The notes below the pieces were generated by a model. That model made no database searches and was not told the origin of the DNA. It saw only the letters and a program-made list of their open reading frames with translations. Shown one piece after another: positions 45,026 through 60,009 of a stretch of DNA of 64,000 nucleotides. Source of the stretch: the human T2T-CHM13v2.0 reference genome, Homo sapiens. How positions within the stretch are numbered: position 1 is the first letter of the stretch; every line of letters starts with the position of its first letter. A program made the translations under genes and the position numbers. Where the stretch lies: the NCBI RefSeq assembly GCF_009914755.1, contig NC_060933.1, one strand, 5' to 3'.

Positions 45026-46010
45026 TGTCTTATTTAGTTCAGGATGTTGTAACAAAATACCATAAACTTAGTTGCTTATAAAAACTAGAAGCGTATTACT
45101 CACAGTTCCGGAAACTGAAAGTCAGAGATCAGGGTGACAACATAGTTGGATTCTAGTGAAGACTCTCTCTCATACTGCAGACTGTTGACTTCTCATTGTA
45201 ATCTTACATGGTGTAGAGCAGAGTGAAGCAAGTTCTCTTAGAACTCTTATAGGGGCACTATTACCACTCATGAGGTCTCTGCCCTCGTCATCTCATCTAA
45301 TACTAATTACTTCCAAATGCTACACCCTTAATACAATCACATTGAGGGATAGGGTTTCAACATATGAATTCGGGGGTCAAATACTTAGTCTAGAATATTC
45401 CATCCATTGCCTCCAAATTTCATGTTCTTCTCTCAGGTAAAATACGTTCACTTTATCTCAGCAGCCCCAAAAGTCTGGAATCAATCCAACATCCATTGTA
45501 AAATCTAAAATATCATCAACATATCATCTAAATCAGATATAGATGAGATTTAGGGTGCAATTTATCCTGAGGCAACATTCCTCTCTATCTGTAAACCTGT
45601 GAAAGCAAACAAGTTATATACTTGCAAAATATAAACAGACATAGCATAGACATTCCCATTCCAACAGGAACAAGCAGGAAAGAGGGAAGGTTGAGGGTTC
45701 CCAAGAAAAGTCTGAAACCTAGAAAGGCAAACTACATTAGACCTTAAGCCTCAAGAATAATCTTCTTTGGTTTGATGTTCTTCCTTCTAAGTGCACTGGG
45801 AAGGAGGTCCCACCCAGCTAACTCAGCAGAAGTCAGTGCACCAGAGTACACAGGCCCCAGAGACATGGCTGCCCCCACCTAGGTTTCAAAGAACACACAG
45901 AACTGGAGAGAACAATGGGAGTGGAGTTCAAACTGATTGCTGCTTTGGGCCTTCCCATCTGGTCTAGCCACGGGGGTGATGTCACCATCCCAGTGGTCCT
46001 AGAAGGGAGA
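45026..46010 (-). mobile_element. MLT1A-like LTR (45026-~45398) plus adjacent internal sequence
   Basis: TGTCTTA...GTAACAAAATACCATAAACT...CTCACAGTTC...TTTCAACATATGAATT (antisense MLT1A LTR), followed by MLT1-int-like sequence. Confidence 0.75.
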
Positions 46011-47081
46011 GAAATTGAGACATAAATTGTAATGACCTTGTCAGAATCTATACAGAGCTACATTGGAAATTATAAGTGCTATATTCAAATTATAATATGA
46101 TTTTATCTGTTATTGCTGTTTTGTAATGCATACAAGTGGAAATGAATAAATCAAAGGAATTTTTATAATTTCATACCTAAGGACAGAAATAATGCTCCAT
46201 TTGCTTCTGTATTTTCAGTAGCTGGCATCTAATAAGTATTCAATACATTAAATAATTGTTGCATTACTGCAGGAATTAAGGTGTTTGTTTTATATCATTT
46301 TCTAGTATTAACTTTAATAGACTAAAAATTACATGAGGATAATATGCATGTATGTTTCACCTACTTGTCATAATCTAAGATTCTAGCTCATTCCTTTGCA
46401 TGCAATAGAAACACAAGACCACTCTACTTATTGGATCATTAAATGATGAATGATAGAAGCCCCAGGTGTAAGGTGACCAAGCAAACTTGTTCAGTCAATA
46501 CATTCTTTCTGAATTAAATTATCTATATTTGATGGAATAGCCGGTTTAAAGCTAGACATTAATTTTAGAAAAGCAATGCAAAAGTTAGTGCTAATAATAC
46601 CTGAAAACCATTTATTGTTTAGGTGGACACTAGCAGGCATACTGTCAGATTGTATCAGTGTAACTTCCTGTTCTCTGAGCCAGTTGGAAGAAAACGATGA
46701 ACAAATAAAAATGGGGCTCTCATTCCTAGACTAGAAATGGGTAGAGAGCCAATTCTTACTGGCTACTGTGGAGACAATTTTTAAAAAAGCTTCTAACAAA
46801 ATATTATAACTATAAAATATTCTACTTTGTATGGTAAGGAAGTAAAGGAGATTTTTTTTTTCATTTCAGCTGAGGCACCAGTAGGATAACGAAAAGATGA
46901 TAGATAGTAACTATGTGCCAATTCAAAAGTAAAGTGCTAGACCACCCACAGAGGACAGCAAGAGGAAATTGTTTAAATTTGATTTTGCAACACTTAAGCA
47001 GCAGCCAGCTTAAGAGTAGTTAAGTAGACTGCAGTTTCTCCTCTTTTTCTAGTCATAAATAAGGCAAAAAATATATATTAA

Positions 47082-47455
<374 letters not shown>

Positions 47456-47545
47456 GACTTTTCTTTTTTTGGAGAGAAATTGTCATGGCATTTCACCTTC
47501 ATGTGGCAGGTGAAAAAGTTCATAGAGATCTCAGCACTGCTCCTC

Positions 47546-47800
47546 TTCTAGGCTGAAGCATGGAGGAGTACTGATGAGATCTCCACAAACTTTTTCACCT
47601 GCCACATGAAGATGCTACAAGTTCCAAATAGTACAACTACATCATGGGGGAGTCTCTGTTACCCTGGGTCCCTGAGTGTCTGTGTAGAACAGGGCATGCC
47701 CACATCAACCTAAGTGAACTAAAAGTATAAGTGAAGAATCAATGTTTGCTGTAGTATATTTCCTTGTGTTACCACAGCATAAACTTCTTCATCCTGAGCA
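47546..47800 (+). mobile_element. MLT1 (I/J-like) LTR 3' fragment
   Basis: GGCTGAAGCAT...CCTGGGTCCCTGAGTG...GTTACCACAGCATAA...CATCCTGA. Confidence 0.6.
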
Positions 47801-49189
47801 GAGCTGTTGTAAATGAGATGAGACTGAAGTGACTGAGAAAAAAAAAAAATCGACCTTCCTATCCTGATGAACCTCCTGACTTCAAATGAGAGAGAGGGAC
47901 TTCAAGGGTACTAAATAAAAGCCTAGCCTGACTTTCTTGTAGCCTGCTAGAGATATAGAGCTACTTAATAAAAGGAGGATAGACATTGGTGTATCATCAA
48001 AGGAGCAGAGCTGAAAGGGACTTTCAGAATTGCCAAGCAAGTACATTGATAAACTTCTTTTTCTGAACCAACAAAAATATAGACAAAATAACTAAAATTC
48101 ACCATTTTAGGACTCTGGTAATTAACAAATACCACAGAATGAACTAAAAATAACTTAATCAAGAGAGACTATTTAATTTTGATAAAATAGTGAGGTCTGC
48201 AATATTTTAACTTGAGTTTATTTCTACTTTCCCCTTCTCTCAACTCAGTGGCGTGATAGCAGAGTAAAGCCCTGCAGCAGAAGAAGATGACTTACCTCTT
48301 TTGGAGCTACCTTAAAAAGCCCCATCTCCACACACAGTCAATATTTTATCTGAACTTGAAGATCCTGGAAAATCTCCGTTCCCAGGGTTTAGTGCTCTTT
48401 GATCTGACACAGTCCTCAGATCAGCAGAGTAGGGGATGCCAACTTCCAGGGTATTACCAAACAAAATGAAACTGCTGGCAACAGCTCACTTGCCTACAGC
48501 TGTGATTTCAGTTAGAGCAGCTTGGCCAGGATTTATACAGAAGTTCTGGAGGACTAGATAACAACATGGAACTTTGAAAGGCTCTGACATGTTCTGGGTA
48601 ATCTAAAAGGTTCTTTACACGTGCAACGCCATAAAAATTGCTTTTTGAGAAGGATCACATAATGAAGTATATTATCATTATTATTCTGGCAATGCTGCTG
48701 TGATGAGATAATTTGTTTTTCGTTTTTGTCTTCAAAGAATAGAATACATAAAAAGGGAGAGGAGAGGTGTCAATAAAAGTCTGCAGTTCATAGGCTATAT
48801 TCAAGCTGTTTATCAAAAACTTATGTAAGAGGCATGCCTGATCCTTATTTAAAACACAAATGGCTTGTCTCACAATTGACTCACTAATAAAGAAGCCAAT
48901 ACATGCAGAGACAGGGCCTTATAATTTTGTTATTATATCTCATTACAATTACAATTTCATCTTTCTCCTAAATGAAAAGCGAGATTTTTTCTTTAACAAC
49001 AACCTCAAACAATGTCCCTTTTCAATGTAGTCATTTCAACTTTGTGTTGTAATTGATGTACTTCTATGGGACTTATAACCCTTAAGTATTTACAGTCGTT
49101 ACACCCCGGTATTACTCTCTCTCTCTGTCTGTCTCTGTCTCTCTCTCTTTCTTTTCTTCATTGCATTCACTCTTGAAGCACTCTCATTT

Positions 49190-50290
49190 AAGGATGTTTG
49201 TCTCCACTGCTCTTGTCAATGTTACTAATAATCGTCACACTGTCAAAGCCAATTATCAAATATCATTTATCATCTTAGTTAATATTTAAGCAGTATTTGA
49301 TTTGTTTGATAAATATAACACTCTTCCATTAGCTGTATGTAAATCTTTTTTGGTTCTATTCATATTTTCTGTCTTCTTTTTTTTGTTTTTCTTGTTCATT
49401 CCTTCCACCTCTCCTTAATCTGTAAAGGTTAGAGCAGTTGTTCTTCAGAGCCCTCTGGTCTCTAAATTGAACCCCCCAGGTAGGCTTCTCCAGACATATT
49501 GCTTTACATATTACATAACATTTGTTAACTCCAAAATTTATATTTTCAGTGCTGACTTATTTTCACACCTCCAAATATAAGTAGCCAGTTGTTCATAAGT
49601 CATGTTAATTTGATGACTTGTAAACATCTCAGGACAATATATCCAAACCAAACCCTTAACAACTCCTACCCAAGTATGATTCATTTCTGATTTTCCATAT
49701 TTTAGTAAATGGCAACAGCATTTTTCTAATTGCTCAGCCAAAACACTTTAAGGTTATTTCTCAGCTCTTTACCATCACAACCCCTATCTAATTAATTTAA
49801 AAAATCTTATATTTTCAAAATATATCCAGAATCAAACCATTTCTCACTATCACCAATGTTATCATCCTTTTCAATACTACTATAGCATTTTATCATGTTT
49901 AATGTAGTAACATTCTAATATTCTCCTACTGTCTACACTGATTTCCTGAGTCTCTTCTTCATAAAACATTCAAACTGATATTTCTGAAGTTACAGCATGA
50001 TAACCTTATATTACACATTTCGCAATGGTTTTCTATATTATTTAGAATAAAATCTGAGGTAAGTTACATAGGCTACAAATCCATATATAACTTGCTACAA
50101 CTGGGCTACCTTTCTGATCTCATCTCCTGATGTCGCCTTCCTCACTCACTGGCATCTACTTCCATTAACTTCATCACCATGCCTCCAATGTACCTAGCAC
50201 ACTCTCACTTTAAAGTTCATTCCCAGTGCCTGGACTACTAATACTACTATCCCCCAGAAATCCATATGGCCCACACCATAAATAAAATAC
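49190..50290 (+). mobile_element. L2 remnant
   Basis: ACTGCTCTTGTCAATGTTACTAAT (RT 'TALVKVTND'), GCAGTATTTGA, TTTCAAAATATATCCAGAATC. Confidence 0.65.
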
Positions 50291-52732
50291 ATTGGAAAAT
50301 GACCCATTTTGTTCCAGTTCTCAAAGGGTGGTCCACAGAACATTCATACTGAAAAGAGCTGGTAGTTACTGTTAAACACGTCAGTTCTACCAGTTCTACT
50401 CTCCCTTTCAGTCCTATGGAGTTACAATATCAAGGCCTGTGATCCTGGAAACTGTACCTTTAAATATCATTTGAGTTAAATTCAATACATAGTGAAATTG
50501 GAGAATCAGTGATTGGAGAGTTGGAGCCAGACCTAATACAACAAACATAACAAATGAGCTTATTTCCATGTCAAAGACAGCTTTAAAAAGATCTGAATCC
50601 ACATGTCCATTCTTTAGGTTCACACTTGTGCATTTTGGCAACAAAAGAGATGGCAGTTCTGGGATAGGTGATAAATAATTTATTAAGTTCATTCATGGGG
50701 CTGTAGTTCCTGGGTCTAAAGGTCATGTTTAATTTATTATTTTAAAATTCTAATTTTCCATGAAATAATACTGCCAAGATCTTCCAAAAACTATATAATT
50801 ATATACATATATAGTCAAACAGTATGTCTATAGCACAATTAGGCAACAGAAAACACTAAACTTCAATTTGGACAAGTGGAGAATGTCCATGTATATGTAA
50901 GTGCAGAAAAAACCTGAAGTCAACAGAGCTAGGCACAGAGTCAATATCAAAGCAAGAAGCCAGAGGGAGGCTTAGGAAAATGGAAGAGGCAGAGGAATCC
51001 TAGCCAAAGCAAAACACAGATATAAGCAATCTCAGAAAGAGCTTCAACCTGTGTGTCAAATACCAGAAAATATTCCAAAATCTGATGGATCTGACCTTAT
51101 CTGTGTATTCTCAACAAGCAGGAGAAAAAGACTTCAAAATGAGTGAGACCAGGGGAGGTAATCTTGAAAGGCAAAGTCTCATGGAGAGAGGAAACTGTCT
51201 TGCATGAGGGAAGTTCTCCTGGACAACTGGTGGTAAAATGAAAGACAGAAGTGAGTGTTAGAAATTAAAAGTTCCACAGAAACAGAATATCAAAAACTTA
51301 GTAAATCTCTTGCTCCCAAAACGAAAGGAAGGGAAGCATCGTCTACTTCTGTGAAGCCTCATTGGCTGAAAAAATAATATGAGACTTCAGCAACATAAGA
51401 ATTCTGGGACAAAATCAACTTTAACAAGGTTTGATATAGACGTTTCCTCTAGGAAACATCTAGAGTATTAAAGACTCAGTGGGACCAAAGGAGATGAAGC
51501 ACAAACATTATACAGTACACAATTGTTAGGTCATAATTTTAGTATTTTTATATATAAGAAGCCAGCATTTAGAAAGTCATTAGATATTCCTTTATTTTCA
51601 TTGCATAATACTAGAGGGTATATTTATATTCAAAAGTCATGTTAGTTTCTCAAAAATTTTCTTAAAAGAGAGTACAAAATATGTATTAACTAAATCTTAA
51701 TGGAATAATTTATTAGAATAACTTATTGTATTTTCATTGGTAGTTAGAGATGTCATAAAATAATTAAATTAAACAAGAAATTAACCCAAATGACTGAAAA
51801 AATTTTATTCTACTTTTTATCTCTGGTGTCAATCCCGATGGGCCTTAAAGCACTACCCTAAAGTTGTAAGTCTGACAGTTGATGAAGCTCACAACCTTTT
51901 GATAGAAAACACTTTTATTTATTTTTAGATATATTAGAAGTACTGGACTTTTCACCCCTGTGTTAGAAGAAAATGCAATGGGATCTTTTGTGTCCCTAAG
52001 TATAAAAGGTTTTCTCAGGTGGGTAGTCATTTGTGATACTCGCCTGCTCAACAAAACATCCGTTTTTGATTAATGGTGCCCCCGTGACATTGAGTAGAAG
52101 AGTAGTCTAACTGTGATGAAACAGAAGAAAATATAGTATATAAGAATGCTATCGAGAGGAGTGGCTGTGGTTACTGACTCCTGGTATATGTTTTTTTTCC
52201 ATTCTGTTAAAATTCATATAGCTGTATATTTTAGAACAAGGGATAAAATGTTTGTGGCTACACATAAAGCAACACTAAATCAGAGCAAAATCTCTAAGGC
52301 AAACACATGGAATTTTTTGCATTGTTAGCTGTTTTTAGATAAATTATATATCTCATCTTCAATATGACCAAATAAGTACTACTTATATGCAAAAAGAAGA
52401 TCACATATGTGCCCATAAATTAACATTCACAGGAAGCTTCTGGTTTTATTTACCTCCCTTAGATTTCAAATATATCAAATGTACTGATTCCTGGGAAACA
52501 TCAATAAATGTCAAAACCAGAAACATCTCAATGTGCTTGAAAATAAACAAATAAACTCATAAGTGCATTCTTGAATGATAATAATTTAATAAAATATCAT
52601 ATTTTTAGCTAAATACTGAATATTAATGTTGCCTATTAAACATCTATACTTTTAAGACATCCCCAATACAGATAACAATGTAACTTTTTAAAATCTAGTG
52701 GTCACCATAGGTATGTATACACATACACAAAG

Positions 52733-55700
52733 TGAGACAGCCAGGTGGGAGAGGGTCCCCAGAAAAACTCCAACCAGCCTGCACACTGGGAGGAATGTGA
52801 ACTGGGGTGGAGCTACAAATGCTTGCACCATTTGCAGTGTGAGGAGCCCCGCCCCTCCTTTTCCTGGGCGGAACCTGGGATTCAAACTGTGAGGCAGGAA
52901 GCATTCTAGCAGGAATGCTGGCCTTGCGGAGAGTCCCTATTCCCCCCTTTTTTTTCCTCTTTTCACCCAGTAAAATCTGCTTTACTCACCCTTCAAACTG
53001 TCTGTGAACCTAAACTTTTGTGGCTGTGGAACAAGGACCCTGTCTTTAGTTGAACCAAGAAAAAGTCCTGCAACATTTTTGGCTCCCAACGTGGGGCTCA
53101 AGAAGTGGTGAGTGAAATGGGGACTCAAAACGTCTCATAGTGGCTTTTAAGCTGTTCATTCTCAGACTTCTGAGGTTAGGTGAAACGCGCCCTAAACCCC
53201 CATTGCTCCTTGGGGTCAGGGGCCTTTCCATGGCCCTTTTCTTACTTTTTTGACATGAGTGGTGCTCTTCACTCCCACTCCCCTCCATGCCAGGGCTAGG
53301 ATGCATGGTCCAAGGGTCCCACACAGCCAGCTGGCTGGTTCCCAGCCACCTGCCACTGCAGCCTTCCCTTTGCCTGGCCAAGGGGTTTAACTCTATTGAA
53401 CAGTAGTTAAACTACTCTCCCTGGTGGAGGAACTACTTGCATAAGAATAAGAGGTTCTTCCCCAGGAATTTTAAAACTTTCTTTTCTTCCTCTTTTCCAC
53501 CCCATCAGCAGTTAACCTTTAAAATTTCTTTTTTCCCCCTTTTAGAAGACACTTTACTAGGCCAGGCCCCCAAACTATCACTGTTTATATTCTCTGTAAA
53601 GCTTTTAACTGTGAAAAAGAATTTGTGAGGCTGCTCTTAAACCATAGCCAATCTGGTGTGCTTCCCATATCCTTATGGTTTGTAGCAAACTTAACTTGCA
53701 AGCCTCCATCTTGTTTTACATCCTGGGGGCATGGCTTGTAATTCCAGTGGCAAGGCTTTGTTCAGCAATCCTTCCTTAGGGAATAAGTTTCTTTCTGTTT
53801 TGATATCTGCATGTTTTCCTAACCCTGTCTCTTAAAGAACTCCACTCGGGGACTGGGTTTTCTCCTGCCTGTCTTTGTAGTTATATTTGTGTGTGTGTAT
53901 GTGACGTCTGTAAAAAGAGCTCTAATTAATTTGGTGTAAAGACAGACAAGTGAGTGCTTAGATAAAATATTTTTTAAAGGGAAGAATAAAGCTGTAGTAC
54001 CTTTCAGTTCACTTGACTTTAATATTTGAGAAATAAAAAACAACCTTAAAGATTATTGGTATAATGCAGGTATCATTAAAATATAAATAGGTGAACTAAA
54101 TTATGCTGGTCAGTTGCAAGGTTTGGTAAATGTTTTAAGGTTATAAACTGCTTTTGGGGTTTTGAGAACAATTTGATTTGCCAGCTTCACAATGGGTAAG
54201 ACCTAGGGACATATGGTACTAACCACCCCCTTAATTAAGAAGGCAAACCTTGGCTGCACTTAGCACACAATTAAAACAACTTACCAGGCTTTACTTTAAA
54301 GTCAATAATTGCTAGGATTTATCATGACATGTAACTGAAACTACTGGAAATAAATGATGTTCAGTCTTCCTTAGGTTATATTTTTGTGAATAATGCTAAT
54401 ATATATTCCAAAGTCGTATGGGAGTTCTAAAATTCTCATGTCTAAGTATATGCTATTAATCATAATTAATATTGCTATGTTAAGTTATTGTAAACCACGG
54501 AGATAACCAAACTTCTTTGTCAGTTATGTTTCTAACTGTAACTACCCTGGACGTTTTGTTACTCACAGAAAATAGTTGTCTTGTTTTAATTCTTTTCAAA
54601 AATGGTTTATAATAAGCTATAGGACTCTTACAGGTGATCACAAATACAATTTCTGCTTGTACTGGAGACAATCGAGCTTCTGATAACTTTGGAGATTTTG
54701 ACATTAGAATAAAGGAAAATGTACAGGACTCATCAAATCTGAAATGTTCACAAGTATCAAGCAAAACAAAAGTTAATGAAATGGACTTAACTCAGAAAGC
54801 CGAAGCAACCTTTTTGACTTTTGATTGGAATATTGCTGATCCTTGATTTGTTTTTCAGAGTCAAGGAAACTTATTTTGAGTTATTTATAGGCTTTAATAA
54901 TTGAGTAAAGTATACGCCCATGAAAAAAATTGGAGCATGTTTGTTTCTGTCTGTCTGGTTCCTTAGAATTTGGAAACTATCTGTGAGTATTCTTATGGCA
55001 ATATAGTTGTTTGCATCAGTGCAATAAGAATCTATTTTTATTTTGCAACAGGACACTATTGGAGAAAGTGGTTATGTTACCAAGGCTTTGACTGGAAGGG
55101 TATGCTTCCCTTTAAGGAGTCATTCTCGATTTGCAGAGCCAATAAAAGCCCCATGGGAGAAACTGGCCTCATACCCTCATATATGCAGTCCCTGCACAGG
55201 GTTCCTGACCTGTGGTCAGTAAAGAGTGTCACTTTCTAACAGGTCCAGGAGCTCAGAGTTTATCTTGAGACCTTAAGAGGAGAGAATCACCCAATTTGCA
55301 GATATTTGAGGATGGAAACCCATGGCTGGACTCAGACTTAAAAGATCTTATCTGAGATTCCTTGTGGAACAAACTTCCATCAAAGCAAATCCAAAGGGCC
55401 TGTGTAGAAATAATTATTCTTGCTGCACTTTATGCAAATAATCAGGCCAAGTGTAAGACTAAAGTCTATTTTGCAAACCATTTAGTCCTATAATATTTTT
55501 TTTTAACAAAAATGAGAACTGGTGAGAAAGAAATCTTGTTTCAAAACTTATCATATATTTGTCATTAAATTCGAAACTCACTCGTTGTTTTCAAGTTTTT
55601 GCCTACATTTTAGACTAACCCTGCTTGTTCCTGTAAAGCAACCAGCATCTCTGGCTGCAGCTCAGAAAGAACAAAAGGGATGGATAATGTAGCAGATCAA

Positions 55701-57386
55701 CATTCTGGTTCAAAGCAATTATCCTGCAAATTCTGCCAGGTGCTGGGAATAAACAGGGTGCCCATGATCTGGAGGTTTCCTTTTTGGGAAAGTAAGACCA
55801 AGGGAGCTAACCAAAGCCAAGCCCCATGCACCCAAATCCTAGCAAGCATAACTATAGCCACGAGTTATCTGGGTGTGTCAAAAGACATCCTTTTCTCTCC
55901 CTTGATGGAGGAGGACTCAATTCCACAGCTTCACCTTAGCATTCAGCTTATGATAAGGAGTCCACGACACCCCCCAGTGCCACAGTTTCTTCCCAAACTC
56001 AATTCCAAGCTTCAGGTTGAAGCCCTAGGAAAGAAAACTAGATCTAAGGGACCTAGAAGCAGACAACAGAGTTTAAAAGGCATAGTGCAGGTAAGCATGG
56101 CTGATTCCTGCCGATTAAGCCGAGTCTAAGCTTCCTGTTTCAAGGATAAAGGCCGTGTTAGTATCCATGGCATAAATGAAATGTATGGAATTCAAGGCTA
56201 CTGACAGCAGGGGAGGTAGGACATACGTGGGTAACAGCAGATGATTTTCACCTCCTAGGTCCCCCTGCTTCATGAGTGCAAGCTGCTTTGACACTCATGA
56301 CGGCACCTGCCAAGGTCGCCGGGACTTGGGGATGAGAGGATGGAAGAAGGAAAGAGAATGTTCTTCCTGCTTTCCCTCACATATCCTGGATATCTGCTAG
56401 GAAGAGAAGGGAACCAGGGATGCCTGCTCTTGTCTTTCTTTATGAGTAGCCATTCATCTTCAGTCTGTACCCCTTTCAAATGCATCCTGAACTCCTGGGA
56501 CTCCTTTGAAATACGCCCTCTTCGTTCCTTTCTCCTCCTCGGTTCTCTCTTCACAGAAAGGTAACTGTCTTCATAGTACAGGACACTCCCATCAGATGCA
56601 TCCTCGAAACTTGAAAGAGTTAATTTCCCAAACTTTAAACTGGTTGGCTTAGTATTGCATTCAGGGGAAGGGAACCCAAAAACCCAACATGCCAGCAAAA
56701 GGGTAAACATTTATAAGTTGGGCTTTTGGCCTCCCTCGCCCCATGCAAATTGGTAAAAGGCCTCAGAATTTTAGAGCTGTCCTTACCCCTCCCTTTGTTT
56801 TGTATTGATACATGTTTTCTAATAACCCAGTTTGTCTGTTCTTGCCTTCAGGCCATCAAACTTCAAATGATCACGCAACCGAAGCCTCTGATGATGGCCC
56901 CTTCTGCTGGGAGCCCGTAAATAAGCCTCTGAGAGAGCTCTGACTGCTGTTTACCCCAAAACATCACCCTCTGTCAGCAGGAAGCAGTTAAAACAGTCTT
57001 CATCCTTATCCTTATTCTAAGAGCAGTTAGATGTGCCTCTTTAGAAGGGGGCGATAAACAACCAGCTGGGACGAGGTCCCCGGAAAAACTCCAACCAGCC
57101 TGCACACTGGGAGGAATGTGCACTGGGGTGGAGGCACAGAGGTTCACACCATTTGCAGTGGTGAGGAGCCTGGCACCTCCACTTCCTGGGCGGAACCTGG
57201 GATTCAAACTGCGAGGTGGGAAGCAGGAATTCTAGCCTTGTGGAGAGTCCCTGTTTCCCCATTTTTTTCTTTTCACCCAATAAAACCCTGCTTTACTCAC
57301 ACTTTAAGCCATCTGTGAGATTAAACTTTCATGGCCCTGGGACAAGAAGCCTGTCTTTAGCTGAACTAAGGAAAAGTCCTGCAACA
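52733..57386 (+). mobile_element. MER61 (MER61A-like) ERV1 non-autonomous provirus: LTR-internal-LTR
   Basis: 5' LTR 52733-53075 (TGAGACAGCCAGG...GTCCTGCAACA), 3' LTR ~57054-57386 homologous; PBS, polypurine tract AGAAGGGGG at ~57043-57051, 4-bp TSD AAAG; no long ORFs. Confidence 0.9.
53080..53097 (+). other. Retroviral primer-binding site for tRNA-Lys(1,2)
   Basis: TGGCTCCCAACGTGGGGC versus canonical TGGCGCCCAACGTGGGGC (17/18), just 3' of the 5' LTR. Confidence 0.9.
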
Positions 57387-58264
57387 AAAGCACCCTGCAG
57401 ACTCATAAGTGTATTATAGCTTAATAGAGTAATTATATTCTTGAGCAAGTGTTACCTAGGAAGGATTATGTGTGACACTGCCCTTACTAAGGCCATAGGA
57501 TTCTGGAAAAAGTTACCTATGGAGAATTACTATCAAATGGGATAATATCTCTACCTCAATTGTGCCATCTGAGTTTTGAGAAGAAACATAATAAAATATT
57601 AGATCAATTCATTTAGATGGTTAAGCAGAATTCACTCATGTTAGAATAATGATACCTGACAGAGATTCAGTTCATATTGGAAAGCTTTCCCAGTATTCTT
57701 TCATTTGTAATATATTTAAAAATCCTAGTAATCGCCTATGCATTGTGTACCTGCTTTAATTAACTATTGATAACTTCATTTAGCAAGCATTTATTGACAA
57801 CATTTTGTGTCCCAGTCATTCTGTAAAATGATCATTATTCAGACGCTACACTTAGTTTCAAGGATCTCACCGTTAGTGACAGTTTCCTTCATTCAGAGTT
57901 GATAGAGTTCAGAGATTGACAGTACTGATTGGAATAACCCTTTTAAATGTTAACAGTTGATTGGCAATAAGAGGCAAACGGTTAGGTTTTAGAAATGACA
58001 CTTTCTTACAATTAAGGTTTGCAAATTAATTATTAGTTAATTTCTTGTGATTAGTACTGTATGTTTCCTAAAAGGATTAACACGTAAAGAATCAGTAGCA
58101 AGGGTCTTAATAATAATGGGATATTATATTGTAGCATCTACCTGCTCACTCTCATTTCTCAGAATAAATACCTCAGAATAAATTTTAAAATACCTCAGAA
58201 TAAAAAACAATATGCTCTCTATAACTGCTTATTGGATTGAAAGTGATCTGCAAATCTCTACTTC

Positions 58265-60009
<1,745 letters not shown>

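Noticed and set aside
52733-53075. Possible p53 element, as known for some MER61 subfamilies
   Set aside because: No RRRCWWGYYY pair visible in either LTR
55680-56710. 149-aa and 146-aa ORFs in the provirus
   Set aside because: No recognisable domain apart from the short gag stubs in other frames; consistent with chance ORFs
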